Source of the DNA: Gordius albopunctatus
Taxonomy: Eukaryota
DNA length: 64,000 nt
Assembly (NCBI GenBank): GCA_964276515.1
Contig: OZ193909.1
Span: 1,612,001-1,676,000 of the forward strand
Direction of reading: 5' to 3'
Shown: positions 1-13,089 of the stretch, in pieces
How positions within the stretch are numbered: position 1 is the stretch's first letter
Layout of the letters: each line of letters starts with the position of its first letter
Notes under the pieces: model-generated
What the model was told of the DNA's origin: nothing
The model's input: only the letters and a program-made list of their open reading frames with translations
Database searches by the model: none
Program-made: the position numbers and the translations under genes

Positions 1-629
1 TATACAATTTATTAATTTTTTTTTTAGTATTTTATTTATCATGTGGGTGGGCATTTAACCCTAGGTGATTTTAAAATTTGAGCTTATCTTAAAAGATCCT
101 CCCACACATTTTTTTAGAAAGTTTAAAACTTGTTAACTGTTATCAAAAATTATGAATTTCTTAGAAGTATATCATGGAACCAAAAAATGAAGTACACAAT
201 TTGACTGATATAGATTTTTTATTTTTGAATTTATTGACTTTTTTACGATTTATTAAAGGACACCGTAACGTAATAAATAGTTAAAAATATTAAAAAAACT
301 TCCAACAAACTATTATATTGTGTGTATAATTTGGGCTTTCACGATATTTGTTATAGCAGTTATATTGCTAAATAGCTAACAAAGGTAAAGATGAGATGTT
401 TAATTTATCTATGTTATTAAAAATAAAATGATAAATTTTTGATACTTTAACCAATAAATGGCCTAATCATGCAACACAACATATAAAGAGGGAGGAAGAT
501 GCACAATGTCTTAATAAAAGTTATATCGTAATTTAAAAACAGGATGGGACAAGACATTTTCCCCAGGAAGTAAGCCCATAAATTGAAAAGCAATTAATAT
601 TTAATAATTATGAAAATTTATGTTAATAT

Positions 630-1620
630 CACTTTCTGTGGAGGTCAAAAGGGTGCTTGCTAAGCATAAACCAATTTCATAGCCCAGGGAAAGGCTCTGT
701 GACATTAAAAGTTCTAAAATTTAAAAAATTAATAGCTTTAAGTTTGTGATAAATTCAACTTTATATTTAATTTATTAATTTTCATTCACTTCTCATAAAT
801 TATGCCCAATTGATGCAATTTAAAATTTATAAAAATCCATATTGAAAAGGGCATCTCTCATAACACTAATCACTTCTCATTAGAAATAAATAACAATCCT
901 AAGATATTACTAATATAACAAAAAACACACCATAATATTCATTCAAACTATTAGTATCCTACAATATAAGGTTAAATAAAATTAGAATTCACCCTTTTTC
1001 CTTAATATATTAATTTCCAAATACAAATGTCAATTTTTTGCTACCTTGTTTATTAGAAAGGGCAATATGCAATGTTGAGTCCATGCTGGTAGATAAAATT
1101 AATAAATGTTTGTTAATTAATTTTGTTGACACAGAAGTCACATGCTGATAGTGCCATTGAAATCTATACTTATATAAGCATTATAAGCAATAAAGTAACT
1201 AAATACTTGAATTGGTTATTATCTAACCATAATATTATAGTGCCATCTTTAGATGCAGAAATTAAAATTTCACCTATAAATAAACTTTAGCTAATACTAA
1301 GATAACATTTTATACTGAGAGACTCCACATCCCAGTTTAGAAATGTAATTTCATTGACATGACCATTTAGAATTTGAGTTATTTTGCCTGAATTCACAAC
1401 ATTACTTTCCTTTAAATAAAATGTTCATGAAAATATATTTTATTTTAAATGGTAAAAGACTATGCATTTTAAATTATAATATAAAACTTACATATGGAAT
1501 ATATAATGCTATAGAATTATGGAATGCATATGCAATTTGACCACTTTTATTCCAAGCAACTATGTTTGAACTTTTATTGCATCCAACACTAGCATATAAC
1601 AATTCGTAACTTTTTAGCAT
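630..1620 (-). CDS. ELP2: Elongator complex protein 2 (WD40 repeat), 5' exons; gene probably continues towards or beyond the window start
   Basis: Manual splicing: exon 1620-1492 MLKSYELLYASVGCNKSSNIVAWNKSGQIAYAFHNSIALYIPY, then ...ITQILNGHVNEITFLNW, GEILISASKDGTIILW, HVTSV...LILSTSMDSTLHI, and LMSQSLSLGYEIGLCLASTLL. These follow the N-terminal WD40 motif order of ELP2, with GT..AG introns. The lower boundary is uncertain. Confidence 0.75.
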
Positions 1621-1705
1621 TTTAATATTTAAAAAATAGATGCGGCATGGTCATATTATAAAATGCCCTCCAACTCGTTACAATTGTGCGTGTATATGTA
1701 CATAC

Positions 1706-2910
1706 ATTAGCGAGAGGAGAGGAATATAATTTATTAAATGATAAAAAAAACAATGATACACGAAAATTATAAAATGGCTAGTTAATATATCAATAGATAA
1801 CGATAACATTCCAATGAAAGTTAATTCTTTGTGTGTATTTTTTCTCTTATCACCTTGTGCGTATCACAACCAAATCACTTGGATTTGTTTCGCTACATAT
1901 ACTCCCCCTCTAAAAAAAGAAAAAAATATATACATTATAATTTATAAGAAGAAAATTTTTGTGGAGTAGTTATAGTTCTTTTATGTGTAGAAATACGTTG
2001 TTGTACGGGTAAAGTGTTCCTATCATCTTCTTTTGTTTCGATCCATGCTGGTTTGAGTCTGTCAATTGATGTGGTTTGTTCTTTATTACCTTTAGTCACT
2101 TTAAAAATTTTTTTTTTCCTTTTTAGTACTTTAAAGGGACCATCATATGGGGGTTGCAAAAATTTTCTCACCGTGTCATTGCGCACAAAAACAAAATCTG
2201 ATGGTTTTAGATTATTAGGGAGATATTTCTGGTAAAGCAAAATTTTAAATTTTGCATTATTTCTTTAAGTCAAATTACAAAACCTGGTTTTGATGATTCT
2301 ATGAACGATTTTGAAAAAATTCCCTGGTAGTCTTAAAGTCGTCCCATAAACCATTTCCGAAGGAGTGTATCCGATATCTTCTTTTATTGTCGACCTAATG
2401 CTGAGAAGAATTAATGGTATTTCACTTCATTTTGTCGTATCTTCTTTTGTCATGATGGAAGCTTTTAATTGCCTATGAAACCGCTCGACTAACCCATTAG
2501 AAGACGGGTGATAGACTGTAGTTTTGATATGGTCAGATCCTAATGTGGATGTTAATTCTTGAAATAAACTGGATGTAAATTGAGCACCTATATCAATAGT
2601 TATTACCTTTAGGACACCAAAGTTGGCAATGCAGTGTTCAATAAATATTCTTGCTAAATTTTCGGCTGATATCTCGTTGATTGGTATTGCGATTGGCTAT
2701 CTCGTAAAGCGATCGATGGCTGTAAAAATATTGTTGTAGTGAGATGAAGGTGGCAAAGGGCCTACCACATCCAAATGCACGTGACTGAACCTTTCGTCGG
2801 TGTCGTCAAAAATGCCAGGTGAAGTAATTGTGTGTTTGTTCACTTTAGACTTTTGGCATTTTATGCATTCTTTTGTCCGATTCCGAATATCTTTATTCAT
2901 CGAGGGTCAT
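1706..2910 (-). mobile_element. Gypsy LTR retrotransposon 3' remnant (integrase, PPT, 3' LTR about 1706-1897)
   Basis: Integrase motifs (CIKCQKSK, HVHLDVVGPLP, PPYDGPFKVL, SIDRLKP) with stops and frameshifts. PPT GAGGGGGAG at about 1902-1910 is followed by LTR start TGTAGCG at 1897, with AATAAA near the inferred LTR end. Confidence 0.8.
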
Positions 2911-4545
2911 AATCTAATTTTTTTTATCAAAAACTTATCGTTTATATCGTATGTATATTCATTTTAATTCATTAGTTTTTGTTTAGTCACCCCCTGGCAG
3001 TCCTGCCTATCACAATGATCTATATAATCTTAATACATTTTTGTTTAAAAATATTATTTATAAAGAAATGAAATCTCCTCCCCTTTAGGCAATCCTGTCT
3101 AGTCCACTGGGTGTACGATTAATTTTGGGTTGACGTCAAGGTTAAAGTTATGTTTAAGCAAAGATTTTCACAGACTTAATATGTAAATAATTTTATTTTA
3201 TATATGAAGCATCTGAAATTTTAAATTAACTAATAAAGGCCTCTTTCACTATAGAGCCTTGAATTTTTCAATATGCATAAATTATAGTATTCGTTCATTA
3301 TAATACACTTGCTAAATTTATCAGGAAATAAAAATGGTTTAATATTAAATAATACACTGTAACGGGTTAGGTGTCTTCAAAGTGGCCATATCTTAAACAG
3401 AAGTCTGCATGAGCATACTCCTATGATAAGCAAAAATAATGAGCGATTCAAGCTTGAAAAACTGCAGGATTAATAGGCTATGTACGTGTCATATTATTAA
3501 ATATCTTCTTACCAGATTTTAATTTAAGTTTCTAGCAAAAATTCAGGCATATACTAAACTTGTTAAGCGTGTCGGGACGGGCAGATTGTGCAAAAATATG
3601 ATCTAGGCAGGCAGAGTATTAAATTAATAAAAATGGGACACGTCAAGTTTGGGTTCAAATTACTGTTATTTGCGGAACTTTAATCTCATTGATTATGTAC
3701 TACCCTTGCAAAGAGCCCTATGATAACCCACGAAATATTCAAATTCTAACATTGGCGTTTTTATTGAATGTATGTTTAAATTTACAATCTAATAGTTTGT
3801 GATAATCTTAAGAGTTAGTCTTATAATCCCTAGATCTCCATTCGGATTTGAGATTTATAGTCTTTGTCTTATTTCGATTTTAAAGATAAATTTATTATCT
3901 TGTTTGCTATATATGTTTCTAATTTTTAACCGTACATATATATATTTTGTTAAGTATTTATTAAAAGTGATGGCAAAAAGCGAATAAAAATAAGATACTA
4001 TTCATTTTTATTTTTCGCGCAATGGTTAAAAAGGTGAATTTGGTAATTAATATTTTTCTAGAAAAACTACGAGCTTATAAGTGATGAATACCATTGACAT
4101 ATTTCATAATTATTATAATGACATAAAGAAAAAAATAAAGAGTTGAAATGAGGCTTAAAATATTAAGTTTCAAGTAAAAGATATCTTTAATAGGCTAATT
4201 AGATAAAGTGAAGATATTAAAGTTAATATTTTGAAGAAAATAACAAGTCCATTTAGGAGTGCTGCAATTAACCTAAAGTTTACTCTGATTAGCGCCATCT
4301 ATAGGCAATTTTAATTAGACAGTAATTTGACTATATATATCGCTCAATGGGTGAATCCAATTTCGCCTTATATATAACTATCTCGCTTAGAATGTGTCCA
4401 CAAAATGAACAATGGCATACTGATGAACTCTAATAAGAGCGAAAACGATATATCTGTTATCTTCGAAAACACATGCTGAAAAGATAGGGAATCAAATTAG
4501 ATTCTATTTAAAATTGCCTATAGATATAAAATTTTAAGTTAATTG

Positions 4546-6010
4546 CAGGGGTTTGTCCCCAACCCGAACCCAAACCGGGTAAAACCCGATGTTTTACAGA
4601 ACCCGAACCCATTTTTAAAAATACCCTTAAAACCCGAACCCGATGAATACAAAAAAGGGTTCGGGTTTTTAATTCAAAAATATATTGAGAATTGAATATC
4701 TCAGTTTTCTCTATCATGACAATGTAACGAAACGAAAACCATACGATTTTAATTTCAATATTTTTATAACATTAAAAATTCAATAAATACATATGCACAA
4801 TGAGATGAAATAATTGGCATGTGAATTTAATTAGGTGCTATTTAAAATTTTTTTTTATTTTTTTTTATAAATCTTTATTAGGTGAAGTCTATATATAATA
4901 AAAATATAAAACACGATCAATAAATAAATAAAAGGCGTGGCTACTCTTCAGCTATTAAAATTCCTATTTTTTGGCGCAAAAGAAAGCTTGCGGAGTATTT
5001 TCCTTCGGGAGATCTCTTTCCTATCAATTTAAAAAAGGCTAATGCCGGTTTGCCAAAAGTAGCGGAACAGGAAGGCACGATAGGGATAAAAATTTTAGAA
5101 GGTATCACGGTATTTATTGGTTTTGCGTGTTTCCGCTAGAGCTAATGGGTCAGCTTTATTGTTAGAGGGTGCAAATACTTCGATGCAGGTAAAGTCCCAA
5201 GATAGGAAATTACCATCATCCCATGAAATTGTGGATGTTCCATCGGGGCGCATTCTACCCTCAAGAGTGGGTTCTGATGGTTCGAGAATGGAAGGGAAGC
5301 TGGCTTTTAGTAAAGCGGTTTGGATCAAAAGATTGATTTTTTGATGGCGAATGAAACGGAATTTGTTGAGTTTAGAATGTAAGGGGTGATGGGCCCAAAC
5401 ATCAATTTGTTTCTTACAATTTTTACAAGTCAATCGCTTACAAATTGGGATCCCCAGTCTCAAGGCGATCGCGTAAGTAATTTCGGGGTTTGAGAGAAAG
5501 AGCCCAGAGAACTTGCTCGGAATGCCTTCCAGCCATTCGTGACAAGAGTCAGTCGTTAGTGATCTGAGATTGAAGTGCTGTACGGGGTCACAACTCGAAA
5601 GTATGTAAGCGACGGAGCGTGACACTATACTGGCATCCCAGTGTCGTTTTTTGACTGAATTTGGAATAATGGTTCCTGGCATTACATTTTCAAGCCATGA
5701 TGTTAAAGCTGTTTGAGTTAAGAAATCTTCCGCATGGGTGGTCAATTTAAAAACGAGATCTTTCACTAAATTGTAAGACGAGAGAAAGGCTACTAGGCTA
5801 ATGGTTAGGGGGGACCTTATTCATAATCTTCCAAATTTAGTTGGAAGAGTGGCTTTTAACGATTCAATATGTATTATTTATAAGTATAATATAATTTCTT
5901 GAACCCGAACCTGTACCCTAACCTAATTCCTTAAACCCGAACCCGATTTCAAAATTTATGCCAAACTCGAACACGAACCCGATTTTATTTTGGGCGGGTT
6001 CAAAACAGTG
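4546..6010. mobile_element. Non-autonomous hAT-like DNA transposon with AACCCG subterminal repeats, carrying a CRE fragment
   Basis: Clusters of AACCCGAACC at both ends. Flanking 8-mers GTTAATTG (4538-4545) and GTTGATTG (6011-6018) match 7/8, consistent with an 8-bp TSD. Confidence 0.6.
4848..5860 (-). mobile_element. 5'-truncated CRE-clade non-LTR retrotransposon (zinc finger plus restriction-like endonuclease C-terminus)
   Basis: ORF 5095-5766 with ALRLG, CxxC..H, RH, and RPDG...WDFTC (REL endonuclease). The poly(A) tail reads as poly(T) at about 4848-4866. Confidence 0.8.
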
Positions 6011-6388
6011 GTTGATTGCGGCAAATGGGGTTATTATTTATTTCTTCAAAAATTAACGAAATATAGTGTAAAGTATATCGAGTTTTAATAGAGTTGGATC
6101 ACCAACAATATGCATAGACTAGATAGACTGCTTATAAGCGCACAAAATGTGTACCCTTTTTTCCGCCACCTTGATAGGCACATTGTATAGTGGTAATCAT
6201 ATAGAAATTCGTAATTTTTGTAAATTAAATAATCTTAAAGACGTAAATTAAAAAATATTGAATTGGGTAGATATCAAAAACAGCACTCATGTTTGTTTAA
6301 TAAATATAGCGCCATCTATATTATGTATAATATTAATTTATTAACGTTAGTTAAAATATATAAACTTTTAAGGAGGGTAAATTGACTG

Positions 6389-9300
6389 TTCTTCTTCTTT
6401 ATCAGTTATTTGGTCCCACATTGGTGGGGTTTGTTTTGATGAGTCTCTTCCATCTTGACCGGGTTAGTGCCATGTCTTGACTAATCTCTTTAGTTTCCAT
6501 AACTTTATCGACTTGCGTTTTCCACGTGACACGGGGTCGTCCTCTTCCTCTCTTCCCCGGTATTTTCATGTCTAGCACTTTTCGATTTACGTCATCCGGG
6601 TCCCTTCTTAGTATATGCCCATACGACGTTAGCCGATTTTCGTTAATCATGTCAGCCATAGGTTGAATACCCATTTTTGTCATGAGAAAGTCATTCGTCA
6701 TATGGTCGAGCTTAGTATACCCCAAGCTCCACCGTATCATTCTTATCTCCGTGGCTTGTAATAGCTTTCCTTCCGTGGTGTTTAATGCCTATGTTTCACT
6801 TCCATAGAGTAACACCGGTCTTACGATGGATTTGTAAGCTTTGCTCTTCAACCATATTGGCATTTTCTTGTCGCACATTACACCGGATATACTTCGCCAT
6901 TTAAGCCATCCTTTTTGAATCCGGGCATTGATTTCAGTTGCGCAACCTCCCTCTTGATGTAACATAGAGCCGAGGTATGTGAACCTGTCTACTTTTGGGT
7001 ACTTTAGATGGTCATCCAGCGATGGGGTGCCTGTACCCTTCCTTTCCATGTATACCGTTTTTCTATAGTTGACCTTTAAACCATATCCAGCTAAGCGCTT
7101 TGACCATTTTTCGGCTTCTTCGAATACTTTCTCTCTTGTTTCCTCGCATAGTACTATATCATCGGCATATAGTATACAACATGGCGAAGGCTTTTGAACG
7201 TCCCTCGTTATCGTGTCTATAATTATATTAAATAAAAAGGGACTTAAAGCAGAGCCTTGATGTAATCCAATATTAACCCGAAAAGGTTTAGAGTCTCCAA
7301 CTGTCGTCCTAACGCAAGAGTTTGAGGCTTCATAGATATTTTTCATAAGCCGTATATATGCGTCAGGGATATTTTGTTTCCTCAGGCACCACCATATTAA
7401 ATCGCGGGGGACCGTGTCATAAGCTTTCTCCAAGTCGATAAAAACCATATGTAGGTCTTTCCTCTTTTCACCATACTTATCCATCATTTGTCTTAGGGCG
7501 AAGATTGGGTCGATTGTGGATTTGCCGGTCACGAATCCGAATTGATTAGCCGATATTTCCACCTCGTTTTTCAGCCTTGTTACTAAGATTCTTTCCATAA
7601 GCTTCAAGGAGTGGCAAGTTAGCTTGATACCTCTGTAATTGGCGCAGTCCTGAGGGTCTCCTTTGCCTTTGAATAAGGGTATAATCGTGCTTGCTCGCCA
7701 TTGATTAGGGATTCGCTCTTCTACCAATATCTTGTTAAGGAGGTTCGTCATGGTGGTGACTCGACTTCTTCTTCACGACATCCGAGCAATGCTTGCATAG
7801 GTATTCCATCTGGGCCATTCGCTTTTCCTTTTTGCATCTTGTTCATTTGTGTCCTAACTTCATCCTTCTGAAAGAGTTCGACCATACTTATATTTGGCTC
7901 AATTTCGGGAAGGGAATCCTTGTCATTTGCAATATTCATAAGTTTCTTAAAATATCCTTTCCACCTTTCCATCACTTCCTTCGGCTTGAATAAGGTTTGA
8001 CCCTTCTCGCTTTTGACTATTTTAAGAACTCCGACATCTCGACTTTTCTTCTCCCTTATCTTGGCCAATTTGTACATAAGCCTATCGCCCCCTTTATGAT
8101 CCAGTTTGTTTGCCATCTCGGTGTACGCAGCATTCTTCGCTTTTGCAACGGCTTTTTTTGCGGCCCTCTTTGCGTCCCTGTTCTCTTGATAATCCTCCGA
8201 CTTTTTTGATTTATGCCACCGTCTATATAGATTTTTCTTTATTTCGATGCAATCTTTAACCGATTGATCCCACCACCATAGTTAGCTTTGCCTCCTTTGG
8301 TCTGTCCTAGAACACGAATCGCTGTTTCCTTAATAACCTTAGATAGCGTCTCCCAATCGTCGTCTACGTCCCTTTGCAACTTCCTTGCACCCAAGAGTGA
8401 GGAGGCTTTTTGATGGTATTCTTCGTTCGTCGACGTATCCTTTAGCCTTTCGTATCGAATTCGAGGTTCATATACCTTTCTTCTTTCGGGAAATACTCTT
8501 TTCTGTCAAGATCCATAACAAGGGGACGATGTTGCCTGGCGATTTCTTCTCCCGGTATTACTTTGCAATCCTTGATACTCCATAAGTCCTTTCGCCGTAT
8601 AAGCAAATAGTCGATTTGACTAAAATGCTTCCCACTTCTATAGGTCACAATGTGATCTTCGAGCTTTTGAAAATAGGTGTTAACGATTGCCATGTCATAT
8701 GCTTCGGATACTTGGAGAAGTTTTCCCCCTTCTTTGTTCTTCAGACCATGCCCATAGCCTCCATGATTGCGTTCATACCCGAGGCGATCTTTCCCTACAT
8801 GCGCGTTGAAATCGGCCCCAATAATTAGCCTTTCTTCCTGTCGGATTCCTTGTATTTCCTTTTCCAATGATTCGAAGAATATGTCTTTCTCTGATTCCGA
8901 ACACCCAATTTGGGGAGCATACGCGCACATAACGGTTAGGAGGCCCCCTTGATCCGCAATCTTCACCCACATTAGCCTGTCGAAACAACGTTTGACTTCC
9001 ACCACCTTGGCCTTGAACGATTCGCTTAGAACGATACCGACCCCGTTTCTACGATTTGGTGACCCACTGTAGAAAAGCTTGTATCCTTCTCCTAATTCCC
9101 GGGCTTTCGTTCCGTTCCACCTCGTCTCTTGTAGGCAGGCGATGTGTACCTTTCTTCTTTTTAACATCTGTGCGACCTCGATGCTCTTCCCCGTCAACGT
9201 TCCCACATTCCAGCACGTAATTCGCATTCTTTCCACAACTAGTTTCCTTAACCGCCTTCGTTGTGAGTTAGGCAGTAACCCTAGTGTATTTTTCACATTG

Positions 9301-9475
9301 CACGGGCGGGGTATGCAGTGCGCGTCGTTTGTGGAGGACGCCCTAGCCTTTTCTTGTAAAATCTCGTTTGAAACTATCATAAATTTTGGAGTTGATTTTT
9401 ATAGCCGGTTTCCGACCTCACGCCAACCCTCCACTTTTTGCACACGGACTTTGGACCGTAGCCAAAAAATTTTTT
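6389..9475 (-). mobile_element. RTE-clade LINE, near full length, with frameshifts (APE endonuclease plus RT)
   Basis: APE domain 9380-8442 (WNVGTL, LQET, GADFNAH, SQIDY). RT 7751-6789 (NYRGIKL, FIDLEKAYD, GLHQGSALSP, LYADD). C-terminal GRGRPR..W. Short 3' (GAA)n tail at 6389-6400. Confidence 0.92.
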
Positions 9476-9589
9476 AGTCAATTTATTTCTTATATTAATT
9501 GTTAATTAGAAGAACTAGGACAGACTTTGCAAAAACAAAATATTTATATGGTATAGAAAATCAAGAACATTTTATATGCTAAAATAGGT

Positions 9590-9904
9590 AAATTTTTGAC
9601 AATATATTCCAAATAAGCCTTACAAATATGGGCTCAACTATTCTCTTGTGGATGCAAAACTTGTCATACATATAACTTGGAATTATACACAGACTCTCAG
9701 GAAGATGATTCTTATAAAGATAGTAACAAGCCATTTGACATAGTTACAAGGTTGATAATGCCCATATCAACAAATTACACAAAATTTTGGCCAAGCAAAA
9801 AGTGCAAAAGTCTTATCAATAAACTTTCTTTTTCAAGAAAATATAACGTTAGTATCTTATATTCCAAAAAACAAGCAGGTGATGTTCTCATATTTTCATT
9901 ATGA
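9590..9904 (+). pseudogene. piggyBac-type transposase fragment, degenerate
   Basis: QYIPNKPYKYG motif at about 9600-9632, followed by a frameshifted YNLELYT...KPFDIVTRL. Confidence 0.55.
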
Positions 9905-10171
9905 CCAAAAAATTGACTCAGATTCTGGGACTGCTTTAAAACCAGAAATAATGCATATTTTTTATATTATTCAAACATTCTTTCAATAAAAAAACATTTG
10001 GTTTTTATATTTCTACTAAATATTTGGTCTCCATAACAATAAATAAAACATGTCACTTTTATTAATTTTAGTAAATTTCATATAATTTTAGAATTTTTAA
10101 GAATGGGGTTTTATAAACCTGGGATTTCTATAAGTACATGGAGCGTTAATAATGAAAGTTTATGGGTTTAC

Positions 10172-10481
10172 CTGTCCTGGAAAATCAAAAATTGTTGGAA
10201 TGGCATTTTCTCTCAATTAATAATATTTTTCAGAAGTTGGATAGTATATGTCCTTGGAATAATTATAAGAACAGATCCTAGAATGGATTGATGGTTGGAA
10301 TTTTCTTTTTATCTTCTGAATCCATGACTGGATTTTTCATCAGTAACCTAAAATTAAACAAAATCATGTAATATTGTAAAAAAATTCTAAATATATTAGC
10401 CATTGTTACTTACTTATTATAAGAATATTGATTATCCCGAGTTTTTCTATGAAAACAATATGGAACAGCACCAAATGGCAT
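10172..10481 (-). pseudogene. THAP zinc-finger domain remnant, two exons
   Basis: MPFGAVPYCFHRKTRDNQYSYNK|GTAAGT intron, then ...KFQPSIHSRICS...LRENAIPTIFDFP, the THAP C-terminal AVPTIF-like motif. Contains an in-frame stop and has lost Cys/His ligands. Confidence 0.6.
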
Positions 10482-10564
10482 AGTTGAAATACACCAGTTG
10501 TGCAAGTTGTAATGACGGATAATTTGACAGACAATTTACCACCTGGAACATATGGCATGAGCAG

Positions 10565-12786
10565 CGTATCGGTGCATTGGACAAAAAAGCAAAAAACCAA
10601 TGTCTATGAAAGTCTATGAAATGTCTATAAATATTTTTTGACCAATCAGAGCGTGGCTGTTCAATATCACTTCTTTTAATGATCAAATGTCTGTTAAATT
10701 TTGTTTATCGAAGAAAAGACAACCATATTTAGTTGCGGGAAAATATGAATACATTAAAGTGAATGTAGGGAAGTATTCACAAGTGTATTACAGGTGTATA
10801 ATAGCTTATCCAAACTATGGATGTATTGATAATGCTCAGGTTTCTCAACCTCTACAAACATTGGACATGAATGGATCTATTGATAATGCTCAGGTTTCTC
10901 AACCTCTACAAACATTGGACATCAACAATGTATTATATTTAATTAAAAAAGTGAGAGCAATCAATAATCAAAGTGCAATATCATATTCAACCATCCCAAC
11001 CACCACCAACTGTTAGTTCATTTATTTATAAAAAAGTTAATTTTACACTTGTTTTAGATATGAGGGCTTCTGCTGCAGAAAGCATTCTAAGTGCAATATC
11101 ATATTCAACCATCCCAACCACCACCAACTGTAAGTTCATTTATTTATAAAAAAGTTAATTTTACACTTGTTTTAGATATGAGGGCTTCTGCTGCAGAAAG
11201 CATTCTAAGTGCAATATCATATTCAACCATCCCAACCACCACCAACTGTAAGTTCATTTATTTATAAAAAAGTTAATTTTACACTTGTTTTAGATATGAG
11301 GGCTTCTGCTGCAGAAAGCATTCTAAGTGAAATATCATATTCAACCATCCCAACCACCACCAACTGTAAGTTCATTTATTTATAAAAAAGTTAATTTTAC
11401 ACTTGTTTTAGATATGAGGGCTTCTGCTGCAGAGTTTTCCAGGCACTATTGTGAAGGGTAATAATTTATCATATATTACATATATATTTAATTTAGGGTG
11501 CCTTTTCCACTATACACAAGCTATCATGAGAAGAGTGGCACATGATGGTCTCAAAACCTATTATGATAACAATGAACAGTTTAGAAAATATATAAGGCGA
11601 ATTTTAGCCTTGCCATTCTTGAAGGAATCCGATGTGTGGAGAATATTTAGTGCTATCATTTTTGATCCTCTTGTGATGGCTGACCAAAAGATGAGGATCT
11701 TTTTTGTATATGTCAATGATGTATGGGTTGGACCTAGCCCCAGTTTCCCCTATGAAATTTGGCAAAGGGTGAATGCTGTTGGACCGCGCACCAATAATCA
11801 TTTAGAGGGATTCCACAATGGTATTAAGTGCCTAATTGGTCGGGCCCACCTTCCTATTTACGAATTTATTACTCATATTATAAAACATCAGGGCGTTACA
11901 GATGTAAATCTTTTACACATTTCCCAGGGTAAACAAGTACATGTTGCCAGTAGAAAATACAATAATATTAATGCAAATATCAATCGTTTACTGTCTTCAT
12001 ACCTCTCTAACGAAGTTGATGTTAATGAATATATTGACAATATATCCAACTATTTGTATATTCAATCACATAACATATAAATAAAACATACCTTCTTATA
12101 AATAAATTTTGCAGATTACATATACCTTATTAAAAATTTGAATGTAAACTATGTCAAGTTTATTTTATATAATCATCACTAACATTTTAATAACAATTTA
12201 AAATTTATCATGTCTTACCTTATTTAAATTTTTCATACTTTTAACCCATATAACAAAAATATAGCAGTTAATCTTAGTCATTTATATAACTACATCTATT
12301 CTATTAAAAGTATATTATCAGGAATAAACAAAATATTTACACATTGTCAAGTTTATTTTATATAGTCATCAGCATCACTAACATTTTAATAAAAGTTTAA
12401 AATTTATCATGTCTTACCTTATTTAAATTTTTCATGCTTTTAACCCATATAACAAAAATATAGCAGTTAATCTTAGTCATTTATATAACTACATCTATTC
12501 TATTAAAAGTATATTATTAGGAATAAACATAAAATTTCTACATATAGTTAAGTTTATTTTATATAGTCATCACTAACATTCCCAACATAAACAATTTTTT
12601 TATCATATTCCTTTTAATTTTACATTTATATTTATATTTGATCATCAATGATAGAATTTATGTTATATCGTCTTACCTCTTTATTTAATGTAAATAAAAT
12701 GTATGATCATAAGGTGCGCATAAACATTCATGCATTTCCGTAGACATTTATTTGTTTTTTGCTTTTTTGTCCAATGGCACTGAATC
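10565..12786 (+). mobile_element. Mutator-like (MULE) DNA transposon, internally rearranged
   Basis: TIRs GTGCATTGGACAAAAAAGCAAAAAAC / TTTTTTGCTTTTTTGTCCAATGGCAC and a perfect 9-bp TSD CATGAGCAG (10556-10564, 12787-12795). FLYWCH-like N-terminus (10687), GCLFHYTQA and RTNNHLEGFH transposase motifs (11500-12080). Confidence 0.88.
10971..11432 (+). repeat. 118-bp tandem repeat (about 4 copies) inside the MULE
   Basis: Unit starts at 10971, 11089 and 11207. Each unit is 72 nt of exon-like sequence plus a 46-nt GT..AG intron-like segment. Confidence 0.9.
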
Positions 12787-13089
12787 CATGAGCAGTCTAT
12801 GTAGTCTATGATTATATGGAAGAATCTTTGAGACACATATGTGAGATAGTTAAGGCCATTAATCTTAAAAGTGGAAGTGGTTTATGATATAGCACCAGTT
12901 TTACCAAGCCACTTGGGTCATTTGCAAAAGAACTTAGTATCAATTTTATCAAGTTTATTTAAAAACTATTACTAATTTTTGATTGTGGTCACCGATTTAC
13001 CCGCCATAATAATATCATCGAGGTAACATAAATGAGTCCCCAAATCTTTGACAAATGGCTGGTACAGAGGCTATAACAAAAGGTAGTTT

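Noticed and set aside
4546..4680. AACCCG repeats as interstitial telomeric sequence
   Set aside because: The motifs are interspersed, occur at both ends of a TSD-flanked element, and fit hAT subterminal repeats.
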